From Anaerolineae bacterium (GTDB lineage Bacteria; Chloroflexota; Anaerolineae; Aggregatilineales; Phototrophicaceae), in the NCBI GenBank assembly GCA_034436595.1, contig DAOTUO010000002.1:5120-69119 (forward strand): a DNA stretch of 64,000 bases, given 5' to 3'. Numbering within the stretch: the stretch's first letter is position 1; each line of letters starts with the position of its first letter. The notes beneath the pieces were generated by a model. The model saw only the letters and a list, made by a program, of their open reading frames with translations, had not been told where the DNA came from and ran no database searches. The position numbers and the translations under genes are program-made. Below are positions 1 through 9,104 of the stretch, one piece after another.

Positions 1-405
1 TTGGACAAAATCAGAAACGCGCTGTGGTGTATCACCCAACCGCAATAGGGTGAATGAGGTGATGACCACATGGGGACGATTCCGCAGATCGATGAGCATG
101 TCCCGTGCCATAGCAGGATTTTCTGGCTTACCGAGCAATTGCCCCTGTTCGGTGATACCAATCGTATCGGCGCTCAAAATAACGATGGTATCGGCGGCGA
201 GAATGGTCGCAGGTGTAGTGAGGCGTTGGGCAACAGCATCGGCTTTTTCTGATGACAGGCGTTGTACATAAGCGAGTGGGGTCTCTGTGGGGTGTTGCGC
301 TTCATCAATATCGGGTTTGATGATAGTAAAATCAATGCCAAGCGAGGTTATCATTTCCCACCGACGTGGAGAACCAGAGGCGAGGATGAAGGTTTGTTGG
401 GTCAT
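1..405 (-). CDS. maf: Maf-like nucleoside triphosphate pyrophosphatase (5' part; 3' end lies beyond window start)
   Basis: Edge-truncated, so absent from ORF track. Reverse translation from ATG at 405 gives MTQQTFILASGSPRRWEMITSLGIDFTIIKPDIDEAQHPTETPLAYVQRLSSEKA, with the ASGSPRR Maf signature. Frame open to base 1; AAGGAG 5 nt upstream. Confidence 0.8.
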   Translation of the reverse strand, partial: MTQQTFILASGSPRRWEMITSLGIDFTIIKPDIDEAQHPTETPLAYVQRLSSEKADAVAQRLTTPATILAADTIVILSADTIGITEQGQLLGKPENPAMARDMLIDLRNRPHVVITSFTLLRLGDTPQRVSDFVQ

Positions 406-429
406 TTTATCTCCTTATGCGCTATATAT

Positions 430-461
430 AAAAAAGTCCCCCGCCAAAAGTGGCGAGGGGC
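430..461 (-). terminator. Rho-independent terminator downstream of the FKBP gene
   Basis: Imperfect GC hairpin (438-445 CCCCCGCC / 452-460 GGCGAGGGG). Its minus-strand copy is followed by T6 (A6 at 430-435 on plus strand). Confidence 0.6.
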
Positions 462-494
462 TTTATAGATGCAATTTATTGAGATAAGACGAAA

Positions 495-1025
495 TTATTC
501 TTCGTCTTCTTCGTCATCATCTTCATAGTCGTCATCATCATAATCATAAAATTCTGATGCACCATGTGGGTAGCCTTGCGCCAATTCTTCTTCATCGGCT
601 TCGCGCAATTCCAACACTTCCACTTCGTAGGTGACAACTTTACCAGCGAGCGGGTCGTTAAAATCCAATACGACAGAATCATCATTGATGGCGGTCACAT
701 ACGCTTCCATCAATTCACCGTCTTCATCTTCTAGTAAAACTTCCATACCGATTTCTAAATCGTCTGGCACATCTTCACGGGCGACCACTTCGACATCTTC
801 ATCATCATATTCGCCATAAGCATCTTCTGGCTGAAGTGTGATGCTAAATTTATCACCCGTTTTTCTGCCATCGAGCGCCGTTTCTAACCCAGGGACAATA
901 TTCCCTGCACCATGCAAATATTCTAAGGGGTCTTCTGCACTGGTTTCTTCAATTTCTACACCTTCTGAGGTGAGACGATAGGCAATAGAGACCACTACGT
1001 TTTTTTCAATTTTGTTCAAAGCCAT
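495..1025 (-). CDS. slyD: FKBP-type peptidyl-prolyl cis-trans isomerase, SlyD-like, with acidic C-terminal tail
   Basis: 176 aa. FKBP core with insert-in-flap layout (VVVSIAYRLTSEGVEIEE, LEYLHGAGNIVPGLETALDGRKTGDKF, DFNDPLAGKVVTYEVEVLELREA). Tail is DYDDDDYEDDDEEDEE. Confidence 0.8.
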   Translation of the reverse strand: MALNKIEKNVVVSIAYRLTSEGVEIEETSAEDPLEYLHGAGNIVPGLETALDGRKTGDKFSITLQPEDAYGEYDDEDVEVVAREDVPDDLEIGMEVLLEDEDGELMEAYVTAINDDSVVLDFNDPLAGKVVTYEVEVLELREADEEELAQGYPHGASEFYDYDDDDYEDDDEEDEE

Positions 1026-1183
1026 GTGTGTATTTTAATCCTCGTACAACATCAAAGAGCCTCTGAAATTGAGACTCAGAACAGAGAGTAATTATAGTGC
1101 AATTTGCACAAAAGGTATAGGGGCGAATACTATCTGCTCACCTGCCATTTTGTGAACTCTCATGAACCGTTAAAAACTCATTA

Positions 1184-1212
1184 TTGTCAAATAAGACCCA
1201 ATACGTTACAAT
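1184..1212 (+). promoter_or_regulatory. Sigma-70-like promoter upstream of mutS2
   Basis: TTGTCA (1184-1189), 17-nt spacer, TACAAT (1207-1212), 39 nt upstream of the mutS2 ATG. Confidence 0.5.
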
Positions 1213-1250
1213 GAAATTATGATGTTTAATAAAGGAATTGAGATTTTTTG

Positions 1251-3647
1251 ATGATACCCGAAAAAACCCTGCAAACCCTAGAGTTAGATAAAATCCTAGA
1301 CAAACTTGCCACCTATACCACTTTTGGCGGTGGGGCAGATTTGGTGCGCCAATTGTTTCCTACCACCGACCTCCAAGAGGCGCAATTGTGGCAAAAAGAG
1401 ACAAGCGAAGCCCGTTTGTTGCTAGAAAATAAGACCAATGTCACACTCGGCGGTGTGCGTGATGTGCGCGATATAGCCATTGCCGCCCAACGGGGTGTGG
1501 TGATTGACCCGCCCATTTTGCAAGACATCCGCAATACGCTACGGCGTGGTATGACGATTAAGCGCACATTGGGGCGCATGAAATCTAGCTACCCTCTTTT
1601 GGCGAGTGTGGCAGAACTGCTAGAAGAATGTATCGATATTCAAGATGCCATCGGCAATGTGTTAGACGATAATAGCGAAATCAAAGATTCCGCCAGCCCA
1701 AAACTGGCGATTATCCGCAGAGACCTCAAAATCGCCTTTGAGCGCCTTCAAACCAAATTGCATCGCATCCTCAGCACCCCCACCAAAGCCCAATATCTCC
1801 AAGAGACCATCATCACCATGCGCGGTGGGCGTTATGTCGTGCCAATTAAAGCCGACCATAAGGGAAAAATACCGGGTGTCGTGCATGACTCATCATCCTC
1901 TGGTGCAACCTTATTTATCGAACCCCTCGAAACAGTAGAACTCAATAACCAATGGCGCGAATTTCAGATAGAAGAAGAAAAAGAAATTCGGCGCATTTTA
2001 GCCGCCCTCAGCGCCCAAGTGGGCGAACAAGCCGATTATATCGTACATAGTGTGGGCATCCTCTGTTATCTGGATTTTACCTTTGCCAAAGCCCGTTATG
2101 CCGATGATACCCGCTCTGTACAACCCATCCTTATCCCCTTTAAGCAACGCCCCAATAACCCCAATCATCCCGGAAGTACCATTTATCTAAAAGGCGCAAA
2201 ACATCCCCTACTCACAGGCAATGTCGTGCCATTGGATATTGAATTTGGCGATGAAACATGGGTGATGGTCGTCACGGGTCCCAATACGGGTGGTAAGACC
2301 GTCTCGCTCAAAACGGTAGGACTTATGGCACTCATGTCTCAGTGTGGCTTGCATGTGCCAGCAGAAGAGGCAAAACTCACGATATTCGAGGGCATTTTTG
2401 CCGATATTGGCGATGAGCAGAGCATTGAGCAATCGCTCAGTACCTTTTCTTCGCATATGCGAAACACCATCCAAATTTTGGACGACTGTAATGACCGTTC
2501 ATTGGTGCTATTAGACGAGATGGGCGCAGGCACAGACCCCGCAGAGGGTTCTGCATTGGCACGGGCGATTTTGACCACATTGGTCAATCGGCAAGTGACC
2601 ACGATGGTCACAACACATCACCCCGAATTAAAAATTTATAGCGTAGAGACCCCTGGTGTGCGTAATGCCAGTGTCGAGTTTGACCTCGACACGCTCGCCC
2701 CCACCTATCGCTTGGTGGTCGGGCTACCCGGTCGGTCTAACGCGCTGGCAATCGCCACCCGTCTGGGATTGAGCGCCGAAATTATCACATTGGCGCGGGG
2801 CATGGTCGCTATGGAAGATTTGGTGGCAGATGACTTGCTAGACGAAATTCACCGCACCCGCGAGACCATCCGCAGAGAACACGAAGATGCAGTGATGCTA
2901 CGCCAAGAAATTGAGGAGCAGAATGATGCGCTCCAAGCCCGCCTTGACCAAATTGAGGATGAGCGCCGTAATATCATCAGCGTGACCCGCCGTAATGCCG
3001 AAGAAGAACTAAACGATGTCCGCAAAGAGATAAAACGCCTACGCGAAGATATGCGCCGTGCGGGATTGCCACTCGAAAATCTGATGGCGGTACAACAAGC
3101 GGCGGAAAAAATCGCCCAATACAACGCACAACCGATTGTAAATGTCACAGAAGCCGTAGAACGCCCCGCCTTTTTACCCCGTTTGGGTGATGTGGTGTGG
3201 CTAGAGACACTCAATGCAGAAGGCACAGTGATTGAACTCGAATCCAATGGTGCGTTGGTACAAGTGGGGTCGTTGCGTGTGCGCGCGGGGATGAATGAAT
3301 TGCAACGGCGCACCAAAAGCCAAAAACGCGAGATTAAGCGTGGGCATGTGCGCCAATATGAATCGGATACCATCACCTATACCGCCGTCAAATCGCCCGG
3401 TTTAGAACTGGATTTGCGCGGGCAACGGGTGGAATCTGCCATAGAACGACTAGAACAATATGTGGATGCCGCCTATAGTTCTGGGTTGCCCTTTGCGCGG
3501 ATTATTCACGGCAAAGGCACCGGCGCATTGCGAAAAGCTGTGCGTGACCATGTAGAAAGTCATCCCCTCATTTCTAAGGTCGAGACAGCACACCCCAATG
3601 AAGGGGGCGATGGTGTGACGGTCATTCACCTCACCCCACAGATATAA
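1251..3647 (+). CDS. mutS2: Endonuclease MutS2 (MutS-family ATPase with C-terminal Smr domain)
   Basis: Walker A GPNTGGKTV, DEMGAGTDP motif, coiled-coil linker, C-terminal Smr (LDLRGQRVESA, IIHGKGTGALRKAV). ATG at 1251 directly follows the in-frame TTG at 1248 used by the ORF track. Confidence 0.93.
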   Translation: MIPEKTLQTLELDKILDKLATYTTFGGGADLVRQLFPTTDLQEAQLWQKETSEARLLLENKTNVTLGGVRDVRDIAIAAQRGVVIDPPILQDIRNTLRRGMTIKRTLGRMKSSYPLLASVAELLEECIDIQDAIGNVLDDNSEIKDSASPKLAIIRRDLKIAFERLQTKLHRILSTPTKAQYLQETIITMRGGRYVVPIKADHKGKIPGVVHDSSSSGATLFIEPLETVELNNQWREFQIEEEKEIRRILAALSAQVGEQADYIVHSVGILCYLDFTFAKARYADDTRSVQPILIPFKQRPNNPNHPGSTIYLKGAKHPLLTGNVVPLDIEFGDETWVMVVTGPNTGGKTVSLKTVGLMALMSQCGLHVPAEEAKLTIFEGIFADIGDEQSIEQSLSTFSSHMRNTIQILDDCNDRSLVLLDEMGAGTDPAEGSALARAILTTLVNRQVTTMVTTHHPELKIYSVETPGVRNASVEFDLDTLAPTYRLVVGLPGRSNALAIATRLGLSAEIITLARGMVAMEDLVADDLLDEIHRTRETIRREHEDAVMLRQEIEEQNDALQARLDQIEDERRNIISVTRRNAEEELNDVRKEIKRLREDMRRAGLPLENLMAVQQAAEKIAQYNAQPIVNVTEAVERPAFLPRLGDVVWLETLNAEGTVIELESNGALVQVGSLRVRAGMNELQRRTKSQKREIKRGHVRQYESDTITYTAVKSPGLELDLRGQRVESAIERLEQYVDAAYSSGLPFARIIHGKGTGALRKAVRDHVESHPLISKVETAHPNEGGDGVTVIHLTPQI

Positions 3648-3666
3648 TCCACGCCATAGCCGATGC

Positions 3667-4191
3667 TTAATTAGATGGATTGGGAATCAATTTCTCAAAT
3701 TGTTTAACCCACTTTTGTGCATCGGCTTTGCGTTTATCATTGGCATTTTCCATGAGCGCCAGGGCTTTTGTCATCCACTCTAACGCCTCTTTATTCCGCA
3801 ATTTACGATGATGACACAGCGCCATATAATAGAGGGTCTCTCCCCGTTTGGGATTGGCATGATAGGCATGGATAAAATGCTCTAATGCCTCATCCCATTT
3901 GCCATTGCGATAGGCAAGTGTCCCCAAACCGATATGTGCCAACACTTCATAGGCAAATAATTCGAGCGCCACCATAAAATCGTGCTTGGCTTCTTTTTCT
4001 GCACCATCTTCCAGATAATAAAATCCGCGTGTAGCGACATATTCGGCATTATTCGGCAATAGGTTTATGGCTTTTTCCACTGCTAATATCGCCTCTGTAA
4101 GCTGTCGCTTGAGATAGTATTGGATAGATAATTTATATTCGGTATCGGCATCATACCGATTGAGTCCAAGCCGTTGCGTTAATTTTGACAC
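3667..4191 (-). CDS. TPR-repeat protein
   Basis: 174 aa of repeated ~34-aa helical-pair units (AEYVATRGFYYLEDGAEKEAKHDFMVALEL; WDEALEHFIHAYHANPKRGETLYYMALCH). GTG start with GAGGAG about 9 nt upstream. Confidence 0.7.
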   Translation of the reverse strand: MSKLTQRLGLNRYDADTEYKLSIQYYLKRQLTEAILAVEKAINLLPNNAEYVATRGFYYLEDGAEKEAKHDFMVALELFAYEVLAHIGLGTLAYRNGKWDEALEHFIHAYHANPKRGETLYYMALCHHRKLRNKEALEWMTKALALMENANDKRKADAQKWVKQFEKLIPNPSN

Positions 4192-4210
4192 GGGTCATTG
4201 CTCCTCGTGA

Positions 4211-5143
4211 TTAACTGCACCAATCGGCGGCGCAACTCACACTATATTCGATGGTGGTCACATTGGGCAGGGCTTCAAACATATCATCTGTCACTGTTGT
4301 GAACAAATAATCAATAAATACCACAAATCCATTGCCCCCAATCAGCATCATATTAGAAAATTGGGTATAACTACGGGCGAGTGGGCGCACCGTTGTCCCA
4401 TTGGGGATAACCCCTGCGCGTCCAATGGCGCTGGTATCAAAAAAGCCCACCGCAAAATTGCTATTGACAGTCTCACCACCTGTTGCACCCACCACATTGG
4501 GCGATATACGTTCTCCAACGGCTGTGCCTGTGGCAAGATAATTCACTTCCACAAAGACACTAGCTTCTCTGGCGGCACGCGCACAAAAATCCGGTGCGGT
4601 GCGGTCTGCTTGTAGGGCAAAAACACCGTTCAGTTCCAAAAGGCGCACAAGGGCTTGTGTGGTGCGGTCACAACGGAGCAACGGCTCACTACCCACCCAT
4701 CCCGTAGGGCGGGTTGCACCCAAAATGGTCTCTGCAAGTAATTCGAGGTCATGGCGAATATCGCGTGCAATGGCAAAATTGGTGCTGGCAATCACCCCAA
4801 ACCATCCATCGGGGCGAAAATTTGCGCCGACTAGCGCCCCCGCCAACAATTCAAGGTCGAGGCGAATGAGTAGCGCCAAATTGGGGTCGCTGATGTCTAT
4901 CGCACCCGTCCAGCCATCGGGACGCACGCCTGCGCGGGTTGCATTGACCAAATTTTCGAGGTCGCTACGGGCGGCGAGGAGCAATGTCGTCTCGCTCGGT
5001 TGAACGGGTGGTTGTGTAATGGGGTCTATGGGAGCTTCTGGCGTAATTTCGACAGGGGTCGGTGGCGGTGGTTCTTGTGCCAATGCCCATGTGAGAGAAA
5101 ACAAGCATAGGCTGGTGATGATGAACAATTTTAGCAGACGCAT
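4211..5143 (-). CDS. Secreted protein of unknown function with Pro/Thr-rich linker and three ~36-aa internal repeats
   Basis: 310 aa. Signal peptide MRLLKLFIITSLCLFSLTWALAQ, then EPPPPTPVEITPEAPIDPITQPPVQPSETT, then RP(D/T)GW-x-G...DLELLA repeats. No family recognised. Confidence 0.6.
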   Translation of the reverse strand: MRLLKLFIITSLCLFSLTWALAQEPPPPTPVEITPEAPIDPITQPPVQPSETTLLLAARSDLENLVNATRAGVRPDGWTGAIDISDPNLALLIRLDLELLAGALVGANFRPDGWFGVIASTNFAIARDIRHDLELLAETILGATRPTGWVGSEPLLRCDRTTQALVRLLELNGVFALQADRTAPDFCARAAREASVFVEVNYLATGTAVGERISPNVVGATGGETVNSNFAVGFFDTSAIGRAGVIPNGTTVRPLARSYTQFSNMMLIGGNGFVVFIDYLFTTVTDDMFEALPNVTTIEYSVSCAADWCS

Positions 5144-5198
5144 CTATTTTTTTCCTTTAGGTGATAAATAGCCATTCAAAAAAAATATCGTGTGGTGG

Positions 5199-6020
5199 TT
5201 ATGGTGTATACGGACCGTAGGCTGTACCATTGAGCAACAAGACAAATACCTGCCCCGCGCTCACATCCAAAAATAATGACCCGCCATCAAAGCGTTGCAC
5301 ATTCACGGGGTTATCCCCTTCGGGCAATAATCCCAAACCGAGCGCCCGTTGCAACGGCTCAATGGTCGCCCAAACCGAGCCTAATGCGCCACTAGGGATA
5401 AACCGACCGGGTGGCGCAACAATTGCCCCTGGCACCGCCGCCAAGTTGGGCTGTCCCTCATACCAATATGCTCCGCTAAATGTGCCGACACCCGGTGCAA
5501 TTGCCCACACTTCATTAGTCTCTAGGCGCACATACATCGCCCCGCCTTCAAAAATTTGCCCACGTCCATTAAAACCAAAACGGTCTTGGATAGGACATTT
5601 TAGCGTGTTGCGATGGTCATCTTCCCAATTTGTGCCAAATACAGCATCAGATTGGAATCCACAAATGAGGGGGATAGAGTCTATTGGTGTGGGGGGAATA
5701 ATAAAATTAGCAGGATTGGGGATGTTGAGTTCTTGTGCCACCTCTCCCAAAAAGACCCCCACATAGGGGGTGATGGTCGGGGTTGGGGTGGCGGTACGAA
5801 TGGGTGTGGGTGCATTGGCTTGTTGCGTTGCGACCATCGCCACCGCATCGGGTGTGAGTGTTGGCGCGGGTGTGGCTAATTGCTTGATAATTGGCGGTGG
5901 GGTGAGTGTTGGCGCACTATTTGGCGCGACATACACCGTCTCGCATCCACATAATATGAGTAGGGACAGGATTAATCCTGTCCTCAATAACCTATAGCGA
6001 TTTTTCTCATGACCCATCAC
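5199..6020 (-). CDS. Secreted or lipoprotein-like protein with Pro/Thr-rich linker and LGFP-like C-terminal repeats
   Basis: 273 aa. Hydrophobic leader ending LLILCGC (possible lipobox), long P/T/A linker, QIFEGGAMYV and QRFDGGSLFL repeat cores. Start overlaps the upstream stop (ATGA at 6017-6020). Confidence 0.6.
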   Translation of the reverse strand: MMGHEKNRYRLLRTGLILSLLILCGCETVYVAPNSAPTLTPPPIIKQLATPAPTLTPDAVAMVATQQANAPTPIRTATPTPTITPYVGVFLGEVAQELNIPNPANFIIPPTPIDSIPLICGFQSDAVFGTNWEDDHRNTLKCPIQDRFGFNGRGQIFEGGAMYVRLETNEVWAIAPGVGTFSGAYWYEGQPNLAAVPGAIVAPPGRFIPSGALGSVWATIEPLQRALGLGLLPEGDNPVNVQRFDGGSLFLDVSAGQVFVLLLNGTAYGPYTP

Positions 6021-7867
6021 TCACACCTCGCCCGTATTTCATATTCCGATACATTTTCAAACTCGCCCTCTGCTGTGATGCGATACATGCCAAAGCGGAT
6101 GCTAAAAATGCCATCACGGGTTTCGCGTTCTAATGGGTATACATCGCGCACAATTTCACCCTTCATCCAGGTGGTGGTGGGTCGCCAAGCATACACAGGC
6201 GCGGGTTGGTCGGCTTGGGTCATTAATCTGCCTTCCATTGGATAGCCATGCACAAAAACACGTAAATCTTCTGTGGGAATAGCGCCTGTGACCCATATCA
6301 CATGCACATAGCGTGTTGTATCGGTGCAGGTGAGGGTGCTATCTATCATCTTAATGCCGTCTAGGGGGGCATCATCCGCTAATTCTGGCGTAGTTTTTAT
6401 TTGCACCAAGTTGGGTGCAATCGCCACAGGGTATATACGCCCAAGTCGTTCTTCCCACCATGCAGGTGGTTGGGTGTATATCGTAAAATCGGGCGTGAGG
6501 AGCATCCGTCCATCTGCCAAAATCCGCGTATAATCGGCTTTATGGTCTACGAGGTCTATATGCGCCAATTCGCCTGTTAAATCGCGCCCAATGCCCGCCG
6601 CAAAGTGATTGGGACCCCATGTGACCATGACGACACTGCCCGCTGGGGCGTGTTTGAGCGTCTCTATCACCTGCAAGCCGGTTTTATCGGTGGTGACATC
6701 CAGCATAAATTCCAGATGTTGGTTAATCAGCCCCCATGATGCCCCAATAAATACGGGGATGAGTGCCAAGTTCCCCATCCATGCGGGGTTTATCTGCCGT
6801 TGCACAGCATCTATCAACAACAACCAACCAAATGCCAATGACAGCACGATTGGCACAATCAGCGCCGACAAAACATCGTTATACATCAGCACATGAAAGA
6901 CATACGCCGCCCCACCCGTGAGTATCATCGCAAGTGCCAGCTTTTTGTGATAAATCAGCCCCACCAGCAAGCCGATAATACCCACCCCCACCCCGATAAC
7001 GGTCATGTCGGTGATGAGGACACGATTCACAAGGTTAAAATTGGCGATGAGCAAATCGGTTGTCTGTGGCAATCCGATAAACCGCGAGGCTTCTGTGCCA
7101 ATGAATTGCGTCCATACCCCATCCCATGTCTGTGGCTCACCATAAACCCACGCCCCGCCAGAAATGCCACGCAGATACATATACAGGTATTGCCCAAAGC
7201 CAATCATCCCCAACAGCAGGCTTATAACGATAATTTGGGGCAATTTGCGCCGATGTTGGATGAAAAGTGGATAGACCGCATACAGCAAGGCGGGAATCAT
7301 CATGGCGGTGGCACGATGATGCGCTACCCCAATGCCACCGATAAACGCCAGCCAGAAAATACGCCCGCGTATGGGGTTTTTCCATAGGGAAATGAGCAAT
7401 AACAGCACCACAATGAGCAAGCCAAAGGTGTATATTTCGGCGATGATATGATGAATCCAGATGGTGCGTGTCAGCCCAAATATGCCAATGACCAGCGCAC
7501 TCAACCATGCCTTGCGGGTGTAATGATAGGCAAGGATATAGACCCCCGTGAGCGCCAAAATGCCCCATAGCAACGACACCAGCGCGGGGGCAATAATGGG
7601 ACTAATGCCAACCATACGCATGACGGTTGTGAGGATATTGCCCAACACCACATATAGCGGATAGCCTGTGGAATGAAGGCTACCCCACAAATTGAGGACG
7701 AGCTGAGTTTCGCCCACATCAATCATAAAATAATGACCAGACCCGTTTGGGATGGTCTGCATGGTGATGGCATATATCCCTAAGAGGAGAAATAATACCA
7801 TCACCCATGCGAGAATTTTCGGTTGTTTGAGTTGTAAAATTAGACGATTTTCCATGCCCATTAGCAT
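6017..7867 (-). CDS. Polytopic membrane protein, DUF2723/TMEM260-like GT-C glycosyltransferase fold (putative protein O-mannosyltransferase-like)
   Basis: 616 aa with many hydrophobic segments. N-terminal DVGETQLVLNLWGSLHSTGYPLY resembles the acidic loop plus (H)xxGYPL motif of DUF2723/PMT-type enzymes (recalled from memory). Large C-terminal soluble domain. Confidence 0.6.
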   Translation of the reverse strand: MLMGMENRLILQLKQPKILAWVMVLFLLLGIYAITMQTIPNGSGHYFMIDVGETQLVLNLWGSLHSTGYPLYVVLGNILTTVMRMVGISPIIAPALVSLLWGILALTGVYILAYHYTRKAWLSALVIGIFGLTRTIWIHHIIAEIYTFGLLIVVLLLLISLWKNPIRGRIFWLAFIGGIGVAHHRATAMMIPALLYAVYPLFIQHRRKLPQIIVISLLLGMIGFGQYLYMYLRGISGGAWVYGEPQTWDGVWTQFIGTEASRFIGLPQTTDLLIANFNLVNRVLITDMTVIGVGVGIIGLLVGLIYHKKLALAMILTGGAAYVFHVLMYNDVLSALIVPIVLSLAFGWLLLIDAVQRQINPAWMGNLALIPVFIGASWGLINQHLEFMLDVTTDKTGLQVIETLKHAPAGSVVMVTWGPNHFAAGIGRDLTGELAHIDLVDHKADYTRILADGRMLLTPDFTIYTQPPAWWEERLGRIYPVAIAPNLVQIKTTPELADDAPLDGIKMIDSTLTCTDTTRYVHVIWVTGAIPTEDLRVFVHGYPMEGRLMTQADQPAPVYAWRPTTTWMKGEIVRDVYPLERETRDGIFSIRFGMYRITAEGEFENVSEYEIRARCE

Positions 7868-7891
7868 AGCACAAATTGGGCAATTTGGGGA

Positions 7892-8467
7892 TTATTTTAT
7901 CTCTGGATGATGCTTTGCCAGCCATTCACGGCGCAAAATGCCCATTATGTGCATATCGTGATACGCTCCATCCCGATAAAGCGCCTCACGTCTTTTGCCT
8001 TCATGCACAAATCCGACTTTTTCATACGCTTTAATGGCACGCGGGTTATAGCTGAACACAGTTAGCGATATATGGTGCAAATTGAGTTCCATAAAGCCAA
8101 ACCGTATGAGGATATTCATCGCCTCTGAGCCATAACCTTTGCCCCAATCGTCGGGGTCGCCGATGAAAATCCCCACCCATGCCTGACCAGATGCCCAACT
8201 ATCTATCTCAATATCACACCCGCCCACGATGCGGTTATCGTCTAATGCGCGAATACTAAAGGTGAATTCAGAATCGGATGTGGGCTTGGTATGGTCATCT
8301 AACCATTTGATATGCCTATCGTGGGTATGGGGCATGGCGGGGTCGTTACTGAGCAACCGCAACATCTCTGGATTGGCAAACCATTTTTGGTAAGTTGGCA
8401 AGTCGTCACGGCTTAATGATGCCAAATGCACCTTTTCCCCGCGCAATAAATTGTCGGTATAAATCAT
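7892..8467 (-). CDS. GNAT-family N-acetyltransferase (RimJ/RimL-like), copy 1
   Basis: Trimmed to ATG at 8467 (MIYTDNLLRGEKVHL; GAGGTGA upstream). Acetyl-CoA site region IGDPDDWGKGYGSEAM, then YNPRAIKAYEKVGF. Confidence 0.85.
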   Translation of the reverse strand: MIYTDNLLRGEKVHLASLSRDDLPTYQKWFANPEMLRLLSNDPAMPHTHDRHIKWLDDHTKPTSDSEFTFSIRALDDNRIVGGCDIEIDSWASGQAWVGIFIGDPDDWGKGYGSEAMNILIRFGFMELNLHHISLTVFSYNPRAIKAYEKVGFVHEGKRREALYRDGAYHDMHIMGILRREWLAKHHPEIK

Positions 8468-8469
8468 CG

Positions 8470-9039
8470 TTATTTCACCTCTGGATGATATTTTGCCAAC
8501 CACTCACGGCGTAAAATGCCCATGATATGAATATCGTGATACGTCCCATCCCGATAGAGTATCTCGCGCAAAACTGCCTCGCGTACAAATCCAATTTTTT
8601 CATATGACTTTATCGCACGGGCATTATAACTGAACACATTCAATTCCAACCGATGCAAATTTACATCCATGAACGCAAAACGCAACAACACATTCATCGC
8701 ATCAGAACCAAATCCCTTACCCCATTCGCTTGGTTCGCCGATATAAATCCCCACCTCTGCATTACGAGAGTTTTGGCTGATGCTAAAAATAGAGCAATTC
8801 CCCAACAGGCGGTTATCATCTAATGTGCGGATGCCAAACACATATTTATCTTTGCTTTTCGATGCTTCTTCATACCATTCGGTGATGCTGTCCAGTGTTT
8901 TTGGCATAGCAGGGTCACTATTGAGCAACCGTAAAAACTCTGGATTGCTAAACCACTTCTGGTAAATCGGCAAATCATCTTTGCTAATCGCGGTCAGATG
9001 CACTTTTTCTCCACGTAATAAATTACTGGCGTAAATCAT
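8470..9039 (-). CDS. GNAT-family N-acetyltransferase (RimJ/RimL-like), copy 2 (tandem paralog)
   Basis: Trimmed to ATG at 9039 (MIYASNLLRGEKVHL; AGGGGA SD inside the ORF-track extension). IGEPSEWGKGFGSDAM, YNARAIKSYEKIGF. Collinear with copy 1 along the whole length. Confidence 0.85.
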   Translation of the reverse strand: MIYASNLLRGEKVHLTAISKDDLPIYQKWFSNPEFLRLLNSDPAMPKTLDSITEWYEEASKSKDKYVFGIRTLDDNRLLGNCSIFSISQNSRNAEVGIYIGEPSEWGKGFGSDAMNVLLRFAFMDVNLHRLELNVFSYNARAIKSYEKIGFVREAVLREILYRDGTYHDIHIMGILRREWLAKYHPEVK

Positions 9040-9104
9040 ATTTTCCCCTTTCATATAATGCCATTAGTGATGATTTTCCCATATAAAATGCAGATTCGCT
9101 TATA

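Noticed and set aside
1097-1109. Palindrome GTGCAA-T-TTGCAC in the slyD/mutS2 divergent region as a possible operator
   Set aside because: A 6+6 palindrome is expected about 15 times by chance per spacing class in 64 kb. There is no second copy and no nearby regulator.
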